Shown one piece after another: positions 1 to 9,516 of a DNA stretch of 32,000 nt (within the stretch, counting starts at the first letter, position 1; each line of letters starts with the position of its first letter). A program made the translations under genes and the position numbers. This DNA comes from Psychrobacter sp. DM4 (GTDB lineage: Bacteria > Pseudomonadota > Gammaproteobacteria > Pseudomonadales > Moraxellaceae). The notes below the pieces were generated by a model, which was not told the DNA's origin, did no database searches, and saw only the letters and a list, made by a program, of their open reading frames with translations. The DNA is taken from positions 870,001 to 902,000 of the forward strand of contig NZ_CP195536.1 of assembly GCF_051307035.1 (NCBI RefSeq), given 5' to 3'.

Positions 1-286
1 TCAGGGAATAAACATCTACTAGCCAACACTTCAGAATATAATAATAGTAACCAATGGATTAGGGGAATGCAAGAGTGATTTACAGTTTGATACGTAGCTT
101 TGACAGTACCGATATCTAAGTACATATAAGTGAATAGATGATTTCTTACAGACTCGTCTATCTCATAGGCGCATCTGTTATCGTGTAAAGAATGCTCAGT
201 TTTCAAGTATTTCAAGATGTATGGTAATATATAGGGCTTTTAGTACCCTAAATATCGGCGTTCATTCACTTGAGGAGCGGTAATCT

Positions 287-1942
287 ATGAGCAATATGCA
301 CACGCAATCGCAGACCCAGCCTATGTCTACTGATGATAAGCAGACAAAAACTGGCAATCAGAAAAACAAAAAAATACCCCATGTTTTGATGATTTTGGAT
401 GGTTTTGGTCATCGTGAAGAGGATGATGACAATGCGATAGCTGCCGCGAATACGCCACATTTAGATAGCATTTACCAGCGTTATCCTCATGGACTCATAT
501 CTGCCTCTGGCGAAGATGTTGGCTTGCCAGATGGTCAGTTTGGCAACTCTGAGGTAGGTCATATGAATCTAGGCGCAGGGCGTGTGCTATATCAAGATTC
601 AACGCGCATCTCAAGCGAGCTTGCCAATCGCGAATTTTACAAAAACGAAGCTTTGGTTAACGCGGTCAATGCTGCTAACGAGCTTGGCGGTAATGTACAT
701 ATCATGGGTTTGATCTCTGATGGCGGTGTACATTCGCATCAAGACCATATTGAAGGCATGTGTCACTCAGCTCTCGTTCACGGTGCCAAAAATGTCTTTG
801 TTCATTGTTTTTTGGATGGACGAGATACGCCGCCTAAGTCTGCTGATAAGTACATCAATCGTCTGCGTGAGTATCTAAATCAGCTAAATGCCCATTATGA
901 GGGCCGCGTACAGATTGCTAGTATCGTAGGTCGCTATTTCGCTATGGATCGCGATAATCGCTGGGATCGAGTGCAAAAGGCTTATGAGCTGATTACCCAA
1001 GGTAAAGCCGATCGTATGTCGACACGCGCAGATGGCGCAGTGCAAGCGGCGTATAAGTCGCGAGAAACAGATGAGTTCATTAGTCCAACGACGGTCATTG
1101 AGCATGGTGAAACGCCCTTTACCGTTGATGATAACGATGCTGTAATCTTTATGAATTTTCGAGCGGATCGCGCGCGTGAGCTGGCTCAAGCCTTTATATT
1201 ACCGGATCACGAATTCTCAGGTTTTGCCCGTCAAAAGCAGCCAAAACTGGCAGCCTTTGTCATGTTAACTAAGTACTCAGATGAGTTGGAAAAAAGCCCA
1301 AAAACGAGTATCGCCTATTATCCGACCTCACTAAATAATACATTGGGTGAGTTTTTGCAAGATCAGAACAAGACCCAGTTACGTATTGCTGAGACTGAGA
1401 AGTATGCTCATGTGACCTTCTTTTTCAGTGGTGGTCGCGAAGCTGAGTACGAAGGTGAGACGCGTATTTTAGTACCATCACCAGACGTAGCCACTTATGA
1501 CCTGCAACCTGAGATGAGTGCACCTGAGCTTACGGATAAACTCGTTGCAGCTATTGAATCAGGCGCTCACGATGTCCTCATTGTCAACTACGCTAACGGC
1601 GACATGGTCGGGCATACTGGCAATTTCGCTGCAGCTGTGCAAGCGGTCGAAGCCTTAGATGAATGCGTAGGCCGTGTTGAGAATGCGGTACGCGCTGCAA
1701 AGGGTCACATGCTCATCACCGCAGACCATGGCAACTGTGAGCAGATGCATGATTATGATAGCGGACAAGTACATACGCAGCATACGACAGAGTTTGTTCC
1801 TTTAATCTACATCGGCGAGCAGCCTGTACAAGTACGTAGCCTAGGTAAGCTGAGCGATGTTGCTCCTACTATTTTGGCGTTGATGGATATGGTGCCACCA
1901 GGTGAGATGACAGGTGAAAGTCTATTAATCAAAGCATCATAA
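287..1942 (+). CDS. gpmI: 2,3-bisphosphoglycerate-independent phosphoglycerate mutase
   Basis: 551-aa ORF with iPGM hallmarks: [13 protein letters not shown] near the N-terminus, catalytic-Ser motif [15 protein letters not shown], and C-terminal ITADHGN. SD-like GAGGAG lies upstream of the ATG. About 27 aa of Q/T/K-rich sequence precede the conserved core; an alternative Met is at residue 13. Confidence 0.93.
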   Translation: MSNMHTQSQTQPMSTDDKQTKTGNQKNKKIPHVLMILDGFGHREEDDDNAIAAANTPHLDSIYQRYPHGLISASGEDVGLPDGQFGNSEVGHMNLGAGRVLYQDSTRISSELANREFYKNEALVNAVNAANELGGNVHIMGLISDGGVHSHQDHIEGMCHSALVHGAKNVFVHCFLDGRDTPPKSADKYINRLREYLNQLNAHYEGRVQIASIVGRYFAMDRDNRWDRVQKAYELITQGKADRMSTRADGAVQAAYKSRETDEFISPTTVIEHGETPFTVDDNDAVIFMNFRADRARELAQAFILPDHEFSGFARQKQPKLAAFVMLTKYSDELEKSPKTSIAYYPTSLNNTLGEFLQDQNKTQLRIAETEKYAHVTFFFSGGREAEYEGETRILVPSPDVATYDLQPEMSAPELTDKLVAAIESGAHDVLIVNYANGDMVGHTGNFAAAVQAVEALDECVGRVENAVRAAKGHMLITADHGNCEQMHDYDSGQVHTQHTTEFVPLIYIGEQPVQVRSLGKLSDVAPTILALMDMVPPGEMTGESLLIKAS

Positions 1943-2044
1943 TATTTAATATTATTGTTGTGATTTTCTTCAGGATGTCGCAGGCTACAATGACGATCAT
2001 TCGCAGCAATCGATAGTTGCATATATTAAATGTCACTAGCACGA

Positions 2045-2077
2045 AAAGGGAGGGATAGTATTATCTCTCCCTTTTTT
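2045..2077 (+). terminator. Rho-independent terminator after gpmI
   Basis: AAAAGGGAGGGATA-GTAT-TATCTCTCCC followed by TTTTTT. The stem is 10 bp with one mismatch, read directly. Confidence 0.7.
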
Positions 2078-2165
2078 GACTTTGTTTGATAGATTAGCAG
2101 GCTCAATTACATTACTATTCTTATACGCCAGCCACATTCTATATTTATCTAAAAATGAGCTCCTT

Positions 2166-3698
2166 ATGCCTCACTTGCGACCATCGATATACAAGTATTC
2201 AAACGAACCAGTAGCACTGTTATGCCGACGAGTGGTCATCAGTTCAGCTTTGGCATTGAGCTTGTGTGGACTCACAAGTGCTACAGGAGCCAGGACTTAT
2301 GCTGCACCGATAGCTACTACAGCGAACGCTACTGACGACACAAATACCACTAAGAGAAGCACACCTAACCCTACAAGCACAAATACTAATGGTTTATCAG
2401 ATAATGCTGAAATGCTTGAGTCTGCCGATGATACTTCTGATGATAGCAACTTTGAGGACGACATTAACAATGACTTCGATGATGATATTGACAGCGCGCC
2501 AGATAATAGTGCTTTAGACGACTCTGATGACAGCTTTGAAAATGAGTTAGATGCTAACGGAATGAGTTTGGAGATATCAGAAGAGGTGTCACAGGTTTCT
2601 CTCAATGCTATCAGCCCTGATACGCTAAAAACCTTTGTTAAGGTCATGGGCTTAGTACGCCGAGAGTACGTCGATGCGGTAAACGATGAGTCGTTATTTA
2701 ATAATGCTATAAGTGGCATGTTGACCAAGCTTGATCAACATGCTGAGTTTTTAGATGTAGACGCTTATGATAATCTGCGCGCGTTTACTCAAGGGGATGT
2801 CGGCGACATTGGTATTACGGTTATGTACCAGCCCCAAGCAGGATACTGGGTTGTTACCGAGGTCATCAAAGACTCACCAGCGGATCAAAAAGGTATCGAT
2901 ATCGGTGATTATCTACATCAAGTAGATGAGTTTGAACTAGATGAGAATGATCGTGGTAACGATGTGAAACAACTACTGAGCGGTATCGCGGGTACGCAAG
3001 TCGATATTATTACCTCTAGAGCAGGTAGGCGCAAGCATACAACGACAGTGCAGCGTAATAATAGCAATCCAAGAATCATAGAGACACGACTTGTCAAAGG
3101 CATCGCTATTATCAAATTGCCTGTATTTCAAAACAATAGCCGTGAGAATATTATCCAAGGGGTAATCGGGCTTGACGCGCCAGTATCAGGTGTTCTGATA
3201 GATGTGCGAGATAATCCTGGCGGGGTGCTAGCCTCAGCTATCGATATTGCTAGTCTATTTATGACGGATACTGACGTCGTACAAGTCAAAAGCCGCAATG
3301 CAGATCCACGTACGCTGAGTACCAAAGGCGTGGCTATCTTAAAACCGCTCCCTGTCGTTATCCTACAGAACAGATATTCAGCATCAGCAGCAGAGGTGCT
3401 AGCAAGTAGCTTACAAGCTCAAAATCGAGCGATAATCGTTGGTGAGATCAGTTATGGGAAGGGCTCAGTACAGTCGGTCATTCCACTAGATAACGATCAG
3501 GCCATCAAGTTAACCGTCGCACATTATCTAACGACAAATGGGGATGAGATCGAAGGTATTGGAGTTAAGCCTGACATTATGCTACTCGGCAAAGAGCATA
3601 CCTGGGAGCAGCAAGCCCTTAAAGTTCTACGCCAGCAAATTCAAACAGCGGGTATACGCTTTATGAATAAAAACGCGCAACATAGTGAGCGTCAGTAA
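2166..3698 (+). CDS. ctpA: S41 family carboxy-terminal processing protease with PDZ domain and an acidic N-terminal extension
   Basis: C-terminal half carries S41 motifs: DVRDNPGG, nucleophile region RYSASAAEVLA, and YGKGSVQ with the catalytic Lys. A PDZ-like segment is GIDIGDYLHQVD. I prefer the ATG at 2166 (MPHLRPS..., then signal-like VISSALALSLCGLTSA) because the track's TTG at 2076 lies inside the gpmI terminator. The symbol rests on family plus gpmI adjacency, as in Pseudomonas. Confidence 0.85.
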   Translation: MPHLRPSIYKYSNEPVALLCRRVVISSALALSLCGLTSATGARTYAAPIATTANATDDTNTTKRSTPNPTSTNTNGLSDNAEMLESADDTSDDSNFEDDINNDFDDDIDSAPDNSALDDSDDSFENELDANGMSLEISEEVSQVSLNAISPDTLKTFVKVMGLVRREYVDAVNDESLFNNAISGMLTKLDQHAEFLDVDAYDNLRAFTQGDVGDIGITVMYQPQAGYWVVTEVIKDSPADQKGIDIGDYLHQVDEFELDENDRGNDVKQLLSGIAGTQVDIITSRAGRRKHTTTVQRNNSNPRIIETRLVKGIAIIKLPVFQNNSRENIIQGVIGLDAPVSGVLIDVRDNPGGVLASAIDIASLFMTDTDVVQVKSRNADPRTLSTKGVAILKPLPVVILQNRYSASAAEVLASSLQAQNRAIIVGEISYGKGSVQSVIPLDNDQAIKLTVAHYLTTNGDEIEGIGVKPDIMLLGKEHTWEQQALKVLRQQIQTAGIRFMNKNAQHSERQ

Positions 3699-3778
3699 AG
3701 TCTAATTAGTGTCAATTAATAAATCCTGCAAATTATTATCAAATCGCCCACTTTCTAACTTTAGGTACTTGAGAGTCG

Positions 3779-5425
3779 TCATTGTTTATTTTCAGCGATA
3801 TCTAGTTTTTTCATACGATAACGTAAAGAGCGAAACGTGGTACCTAAACGCTCAGCTGCTTGAGTCTTATTCCAATCCGTTTGCTTTAAGGCGGTGAGGA
3901 TCAGCTGCTTTTCCTGTTCCAAAAGATACTGCTCAAGACCTTCTTGTGGCAATTGCGGATCAGTTATAGCTGCTATCGTCTCTTGGGTTTGAATAGCCGT
4001 GCTAGCTGTCTGTTCAGTTTTAGAAGTATTTAGATTCTGATCATCTACTGAACTATTTACGTTCACTGTACCGTGCTCATTGGCTGATATATGTTTTACC
4101 GATGAAGGGTAATGCTGAGTGGTTGTTCGATAAGGGTAAGCATGCGCAAAACCTTGTCCTGTATCAGAATCGTCTGATTGCTCAATGGTCCTTCCTGATA
4201 CGTGTATCGAGTTGTCATCGTCCGCTTTCAAGCTCACCACTTGCTCTACAGCGCTCAAATCGCTAAGACCTAGATGGTTTGTGTCTATGACTGAGCTATC
4301 AGCTAAAGTAATAGCGCGCTCAAGTAAGTTACGCAGCTCACGCACATTACCTGCAAACTCATGCTGCTGTAAGCGGTGGCAGGCCTCATCGGTAATAGTT
4401 GGCTCTACTTCAAGTTGCCATTCACGTGCAATTAAACCCAAAAAGTGAGCGGTCAATACCGGAATATCGTCGCGACGAGTATTTAATGCAGGCAGTTTTA
4501 GCTCAATGACATTGATTCGGTAATACAAATCTTGTCTGAACGTCCCTTCTTTGACCAGCCTGTCCAAGTCTTTATGGGTGGCAGATAGTATACGAATATC
4601 AACAGGCGCCTCCTTAGTATCACCAATGGCCCGAACGGTTTTTTCTTGAATAGCGCGTAGCAGTTTAACTTGCATCGCAAGTGGCAAATCTGCCACTTCA
4701 TCCAAAAATAAAGTACCACCGTTAGCTTGTTGAAACAGTCCTTGCTTGTCAGCGACCGCGCCTGTAAAACTGCCTTTTTTATGGCCAAAAAACTCAGACT
4801 CCATAAGCTCTGAGGGGATAGCGCCGCAGTTCACAGCGACAAAACTCCCTTCTCGGCGCGGACTGAGATCATGAATTAAGCGAGCAACGACTTCTTTTCC
4901 TGTACCGGATGCCCCAGACAAAAACACAGGCGCTTGTGAGCGTGCCAGTTTAAGTACCGTTTTTTTGAGGGTTAGCATAACCTCTGAATTACCAATAAGG
5001 CGCTCGTCCAAAATCCGTTGTTCTGGACTTGACTCCAGCGTAATCTCCGACTGATGATCTCGATGAATTACCTTCAAGGCATTTTCTACCAGTTGACGTA
5101 ATCGCGGTAACTCAAGAGGTTTATTAACAAAATCAAAAGCACCTATTTTTAGAGCTTCAATAGCCAAATCCATACTGCCATGCGCAGTGATAACTGCGAC
5201 AGGACTAGTTGAGCTATTGCTGATAAGCTTGACCAGCTCCAAGCCCGAGCCATCAGGCAAGTTGAGATCGGTTAAGCAAAAGTCATAGCGGTTCTCTTGC
5301 CAGTAGTCCTTTGCTTGCGCCAACGTATAAGCAACATCACTTTTGATACCCATTTTGGTCAAAGTGATTTGCATCAGACGGCATAAATCAACTTCATCGT
5401 CGACGACAAGGGCAGTCGTGGTCAT
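3779..5425 (-). CDS. pilR: Sigma-54-dependent response regulator, PilR-like (NtrC family)
   Basis: Receiver domain (ALVVDDEVD...LTDLNLPDGSG). AAA+ sigma-54 activator core with Walker A GASGTGKE, GAFTGA-type loop ESEFFGHKKGSFTGA, and FLDEV. C-terminal Fis-type HTH (NKTQAAERLGTTFRSLRYRMKKL). It resembles P. aeruginosa PilR throughout. The start is taken at MTTTAL (ATG complement 5423-5425), preceded by AAGGA; the track ORF extends 10 codons further. Confidence 0.8.
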   Translation of the reverse strand: MTTTALVVDDEVDLCRLMQITLTKMGIKSDVAYTLAQAKDYWQENRYDFCLTDLNLPDGSGLELVKLISNSSTSPVAVITAHGSMDLAIEALKIGAFDFVNKPLELPRLRQLVENALKVIHRDHQSEITLESSPEQRILDERLIGNSEVMLTLKKTVLKLARSQAPVFLSGASGTGKEVVARLIHDLSPRREGSFVAVNCGAIPSELMESEFFGHKKGSFTGAVADKQGLFQQANGGTLFLDEVADLPLAMQVKLLRAIQEKTVRAIGDTKEAPVDIRILSATHKDLDRLVKEGTFRQDLYYRINVIELKLPALNTRRDDIPVLTAHFLGLIAREWQLEVEPTITDEACHRLQQHEFAGNVRELRNLLERAITLADSSVIDTNHLGLSDLSAVEQVVSLKADDDNSIHVSGRTIEQSDDSDTGQGFAHAYPYRTTTQHYPSSVKHISANEHGTVNVNSSVDDQNLNTSKTEQTASTAIQTQETIAAITDPQLPQEGLEQYLLEQEKQLILTALKQTDWNKTQAAERLGTTFRSLRYRMKKLDIAENKQ

Positions 5426-5492
5426 AGATATCCTTATTATATATAAGTGGCACAAGTTACATTAAGTATATAACGCTGAGATGACTTTTGTT

Positions 5493-7157
5493 CTATTTTC
5501 TCATCATTTGTTTGTCTATAGCAGGCGCAATCAAGCGAAAACACGTTTTTTCGTGCTCTGGTACGTATATGAGGCGCGCTTGATTGGCCTCACAAAAAGC
5601 TTGCGACAAATAAAGACCGAGACCTGTTCCTGAAGTATCTGTCGTAAAAAAAGGATTGAATAGCTGCCCTACATTATTAGCGTTGACGCCTGCGCCGTCG
5701 TCTAACACATCAAGTACCATCTCATTGTTTATGTAATAAATTTCTATTTTGACATAGGCGTGTGGGTGCGAGTAACTACTATAACGCAAACCATTATTGA
5801 TTAAGTTGATAAGTACTTGCTCTAACTGGTTAGTATCAAACTGAATCACAGGCGCATCTTGAATGCTTATAAATACGTCATGTTCTTTGAAATAACTGTC
5901 TATAAATTCAGGTATCCACTCTGCCAAAGCGATAGATTGCTGAGCCGCTGTCTGCTGGCGTGACAATTTAAGAATATCTTCAATAATACGATTCACGCGC
6001 TTGGTTTGCGTAAATATCATCTTATAGAGTTCATGATTACTAGATACGGACTGCGACGTATCAAAAGAGACATTTTCTTTCCCTTCATTCTCCACAACAT
6101 CTTCCATCAATAGCTCGCTCGCTTGAGAGATGGTCGCTAATGGGTTCCTAATTTCGTGAGCGATACTGGCTGTTAATTGACCTAAAGACGCTAGTTTTAA
6201 CTGTTGAGCGCTGGCCTGCTCACGGCGTAGATCCTCTAATATGATCAATTGACTTGAGTCTTTTAGGGGTATGAGCTGTACACGCAATTTGCCAACAATA
6301 GAAGCATTATCAGCTTTGGGTAATTCATAGATAAAAAGACGAGACTGACCGGGCGCCACCGACAAACAGCCCTCAAATAGTTGAGGATGACGCTGACTAA
6401 ATTGCTGCTCAAAGCGTGAAGCGATGTTGAGAAGCTGATGAGCTGCTAAGTTAGCCAGTACGATACGTTTTTGATCAATGACGATGACGCCATTCACCAT
6501 TTGTTTGATGACCTCATGATTGATGGTATTGAGTCTTTGTACCTCATCTGAATGCTGCGCCGCCAGCTTTTCAACTTGTACTAATCGCTGTGAGATTGAC
6601 CAGCTCAAAAACCCTACGGTTAGAAAACTTGCAGACATGAGCAGGGCATCGCCCAAATTGCTCAGACTCATACTGTTAGCAATCGCATAAAAAAACTGCT
6701 GATAAATCACAAAGATAATAGCGAGCAAAGTGATAATAAGGGCTTGCGAGCCGTTCAGCAGCATAAAGCTTGCAGCCACAACTACCATATATAGCATAGT
6801 AAGCTGTAAGTCAGGTGCACCATTGGTATAAAGGAGTAAGCTTAATATAACGATATCTAAGGCCAAACCAAATATCAATTGTTGACGCGGCTCTTTTGTC
6901 ACGACATAAAACAGACCTAACAATATTAGACTGATAATGACATAAAAACCTAGAGCCGTTTGTTGTAATAAACTAGGCAGTAGCGAGCTCTCATCATCTC
7001 CGATAGAGGCATATACCATTAGCATAAAAAACAGACTAATGATTAATCGGTAGCTACTATATATCAGACCAAGGCGGCGCAACTGTGCTAGAGGCAAAGT
7101 ATCACCTCTTTGTAAATATTGAGTCAAAGCAGTAGCAGCACTAGCAGCATATCTCAT
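5493..7157 (-). CDS. pilS: PilS-like sensor histidine kinase, polytopic membrane N-terminus
   Basis: The N-terminal ~190 aa are hydrophobic with multiple TM segments. H-box LTASIAHEIRNPL, N-box LINLINNGLRYS, G-boxes DDGAGV and GTGLGLYLSQAFCEANQARL closely resemble P. aeruginosa PilS. It lies immediately upstream of pilR on the same strand. Confidence 0.8.
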   Translation of the reverse strand: MRYAASAATALTQYLQRGDTLPLAQLRRLGLIYSSYRLIISLFFMLMVYASIGDDESSLLPSLLQQTALGFYVIISLILLGLFYVVTKEPRQQLIFGLALDIVILSLLLYTNGAPDLQLTMLYMVVVAASFMLLNGSQALIITLLAIIFVIYQQFFYAIANSMSLSNLGDALLMSASFLTVGFLSWSISQRLVQVEKLAAQHSDEVQRLNTINHEVIKQMVNGVIVIDQKRIVLANLAAHQLLNIASRFEQQFSQRHPQLFEGCLSVAPGQSRLFIYELPKADNASIVGKLRVQLIPLKDSSQLIILEDLRREQASAQQLKLASLGQLTASIAHEIRNPLATISQASELLMEDVVENEGKENVSFDTSQSVSSNHELYKMIFTQTKRVNRIIEDILKLSRQQTAAQQSIALAEWIPEFIDSYFKEHDVFISIQDAPVIQFDTNQLEQVLINLINNGLRYSSYSHPHAYVKIEIYYINNEMVLDVLDDGAGVNANNVGQLFNPFFTTDTSGTGLGLYLSQAFCEANQARLIYVPEHEKTCFRLIAPAIDKQMMRK

Positions 7158-7239
7158 AAGCTAATCAATCATAAAGGTTCAAAACAGAGTGAATAAGTGA
7201 CGAACAAAGGGGGTATTGTAGATAGTAACCGCATTAACG

Positions 7240-7314
7240 TTATCTAAGTTATCTAAGTAGTTATCTAAGTAGTTACCTAAGCAACTATTTAAGTAATTGA
7301 GTAGTTATCTAAAA
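7240..7314. repeat. Degenerating tandem array of a ~12-bp unit TTATCTAAGTAG
   Basis: Read directly: TTATCTAAG, TTATCTAAGTAG, TTATCTAAGTAG, TTACCTAAGCAAC, TATTTAAGTAAT, TGAGTAG, TTATCTAAAA. It fills the gap between the gacA stop (7315-7317) and the pilS start (7157). Confidence 0.8.
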
Positions 7315-7950
7315 TTAGGGCTGAACCAAACCGTGACGGATGGCCAGATGCGTAAGCTTAACATCACTATCTACACCGACTTTTTCATAAATGCGGTAGC
7401 GATAGGTATTAATAGTCTTGACGCTAACAAACAGCTGATCTGCAATCTGCTGAGGGCTTTGACAGTTTACGACCATCAGAGCGACTTGTTTTTCGCGATC
7501 GCTTAAGAGATCAAAAGGGGAGTGTGCTTTATCTGATAGCAGTACTTCTGCCAATTGCTCAGCCACATCATTACTAAAATAACGTCCGCCTTGGTAGACT
7601 TTTTTGACCGCACGTATCATCTCATCGAGTGGCGTACCTTTAGTAATGTAACCATTAACTCCTGCTTTGAGCAGCATAGAGGGGTAAGGCTGAGCCACGA
7701 CACTACTGACTGCCAAAATCTTGATACCCATATCCAACTGAACCAAACGTTTGGTCGCTTCAAGACCACCGATATTAGGCATATTGACATCTAGTAGTAC
7801 TACATCAGGTCGCAATTGTTTGGCAAGTTTGATGGCCATATCGCCGCTATCAGCTTCACCTGCGACCTCAATGTCTGGACTATCTGATAACATACGGCTA
7901 ATACCCATACGTACCAAATCATGATCATCTACTACCAATACTCTTATCAT
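7315..7950 (-). CDS. gacA: GacA/UvrY family response regulator (receiver plus LuxR-type HTH)
   Basis: MIRVLVVDDHDLVRMGISRML...VVLLDVNMPNIGGLEATKRL is near-identical in pattern to GacA/UvrY. C-terminal LuxR HTH is LSDREKQVALMVV...QIADQLFVSVKTINTYRYRIYEKVGV. Confidence 0.87.
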   Translation of the reverse strand: MIRVLVVDDHDLVRMGISRMLSDSPDIEVAGEADSGDMAIKLAKQLRPDVVLLDVNMPNIGGLEATKRLVQLDMGIKILAVSSVVAQPYPSMLLKAGVNGYITKGTPLDEMIRAVKKVYQGGRYFSNDVAEQLAEVLLSDKAHSPFDLLSDREKQVALMVVNCQSPQQIADQLFVSVKTINTYRYRIYEKVGVDSDVKLTHLAIRHGLVQP

Positions 7951-8346
7951 ATTTCTACTCTTTGCTAACTATCATCATAAGGTTTAAATTGTAAATAAAA
8001 GCGTAAATACTTTAGTAGGGAACTTATATCATTGCTTATTACTTGATCTTAGCTGAATTACTGTATTAATCGATTAATAGCTAGAGTACTGTTTTTGTTA
8101 AATTTATACCAACTAAAATGTATAGAATCAAAAAATCAGCTATCAAATATTGCTAGTTTGTTAAGCGATATTACTAGAATATAAACGGAATGTAATAAAG
8201 TTTGAATAACAAAGGGAATACTTTTGTTAAGCTTAGGCAACGCGTTAAACTAAAACGCAATCCATGATACACTAAAAATACAGCAACTCTTACTGAGTCT
8301 ATACAAACACATCTATAAACGCTACGTTTGCAATTGATATCACCGT

Positions 8347-8380
8347 TACTAAGTAAGTATCAATACTAAGTAAGTATCAA
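8347..8380. repeat. Perfect 17-bp tandem duplication TACTAAGTAAGTATCAA x2
   Basis: Copies at 8347-8363 and 8364-8380 are identical. The repeat ends 19 bp before the pbpG ATG, just upstream of the GGGGGAAG SD-like tract. Confidence 0.9.
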
Positions 8381-8399
8381 AGCGACAGCAGGGGGAAGA

Positions 8400-9494
8400 A
8401 TGAAACATCTACCAATCAGCAAACAGCAGCTCATCGTAGCTATGATCTCACTGAGTTTTGGAGGTATGGCGCAAGCTGCATTGACTATTAATGGTAGTCC
8501 TGATAGTGGCTCTAGTGCTCGTATGAGTTGGGGCGGCGCTGATAGCTTATCTGAAGCTCGCAACATTATGTACAAGTCTAACAGCGGCTCTACTATCAGA
8601 AAAGTCGACAATGGCTACGGTACGACTAATCTGACCAATGCTGGCAGCTACGGTAGTAGTAGCAATAATTATAATAATAACAATAACTACAATACGACTT
8701 ATCGTGGCAGTTTTGGTAGTAGAACTGACATGGTTCCTATCAGTACGAACTCACGTAGTGTAGCAGTGATAGATGCTGAGACTGGCGAGTCTATCTATGA
8801 GAAGAACGCTGATGTTGCGCGCCCTATGGCAAGCATTACCAAAATTATGACCGCTATGGTTGTACTCGATAGCGGCCTTGATATGCGAGAAGAGATCACT
8901 CTTGATCCAGAAGATTTTGTCGGTCCTAAGCGCGCAAGTTCACGTCTCAAATCAGGCGATCGTCTAAACCGTGCTGAGATGCTGCTCATGTCGCTTATGA
9001 AGTCAGAGAATCCTGCAGCTAAGAGCTTGGCACGTAATTATCCTGGTGGATACAGTGCCTTTATGCGTGCTATGAACCAAAAAGCACAAGACCTTGGCAT
9101 GACTACCGCATTTTTTGGTGATCCAACGGGTCTAGACAAGCGTAACGTAGCGTCCTCGAATGATTTAGTTAAGCTTGTTCGCGCGGCGGGCAACTACGAT
9201 GTCATTCGTCGTTTTTCAACGACTAAGAGTTATGACTTTTACGTGGCCAACTATTCAAACGGTAATCGCACCTACAAAGCGAACAATACTAGTAGTCTTG
9301 TACGCTCAGGTAACTATCCTATCGGTATCTCAAAGACAGGGTTCATCAATGAAGCTGGACGCTGCGTAGTGATGGAGACGCGGGTCAATAACCGTCCAGC
9401 CATTATTGTTATTTTGGGCGCTAATAGCTCGGCCACGCGCTGGGGTGATGCTAAGAATATCTTAAATAGTTTGGCGACCCGTCGCACCGTTTAA
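8400..9494 (+). CDS. pbpG: D-alanyl-D-alanine endopeptidase, PBP7/8-like (S11 peptidase)
   Basis: Signal peptide MKHLPISKQQLIVAMISLSFGGMAQA. SxxK motif in MASITKIMTAMVVLD, SxN-like MKSEN, and KTG in ISKTGFINEAG. An N/S/Y-rich low-complexity insert (GSYGSSSNNYNNNNNYNTTYRGSFGS) precedes the catalytic domain. Confidence 0.85.
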   Translation: MKHLPISKQQLIVAMISLSFGGMAQAALTINGSPDSGSSARMSWGGADSLSEARNIMYKSNSGSTIRKVDNGYGTTNLTNAGSYGSSSNNYNNNNNYNTTYRGSFGSRTDMVPISTNSRSVAVIDAETGESIYEKNADVARPMASITKIMTAMVVLDSGLDMREEITLDPEDFVGPKRASSRLKSGDRLNRAEMLLMSLMKSENPAAKSLARNYPGGYSAFMRAMNQKAQDLGMTTAFFGDPTGLDKRNVASSNDLVKLVRAAGNYDVIRRFSTTKSYDFYVANYSNGNRTYKANNTSSLVRSGNYPIGISKTGFINEAGRCVVMETRVNNRPAIIVILGANSSATRWGDAKNILNSLATRRTV

Positions 9495-9516
9495 GCGCAA
9501 GCTATGTTGAGTAAGC

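Noticed and set aside
266-460. 64-aa minus-strand ORF overlapping the gpmI start
   Set aside because: It is antisense to the gpmI 5' end, with no motifs. The upstream 1-286 region shows only weak promoter-like hexamers (e.g. TTGACA at 99-104 without a good -10), so I did not call a promoter.
2076-2165. TTG-initiated 30-codon N-terminal extension of the S41 protease. Similar TTG extensions exist for ruvB (14272) and the hydrolase (31218), and a 10-codon ATG extension (ATG at 5455) exists for pilR
   Set aside because: The 2076 TTG sits inside the gpmI terminator hairpin. In every case a downstream ATG gives the family-typical N-terminus, and for pilR and the hydrolase it also has a good SD.
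2297-2728. 143-aa antisense ORF within the ctpA acidic region, plus other short antisense or overlapping ORFs on the track (e.g. 884-1189, 4185-4448, 4498-4788, 10513-10722, 10873-11187, 13683-13976, 16302-16505, 17035-17343, 17075-17338, 18132-18383, 18532-18828, 20007-20291, 21040-21324, 23325-23804, 25710-26099, 26261-26473, 28754-28951, 29135-29326)
   Set aside because: Each lies wholly inside a longer ORF that has strong family motifs. The translations are low-complexity or Ser/Arg/Leu-rich, as is typical of non-coding frames.
3709-3897. 62-aa plus-strand ORF
   Set aside because: It overlaps the conserved C-terminal HTH-coding end of pilR on the opposite strand and has no SD.
113-8380. 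Shared CTAAGTA core in the pilS array, the pbpG duplication and upstream of gpmI (113-121), considered as a common regulatory motif
   Set aside because: A 7-mer in AT-rich DNA is expected by chance a few times per 32 kb on two strands. Occurrences inside tandem repeats are also not independent.
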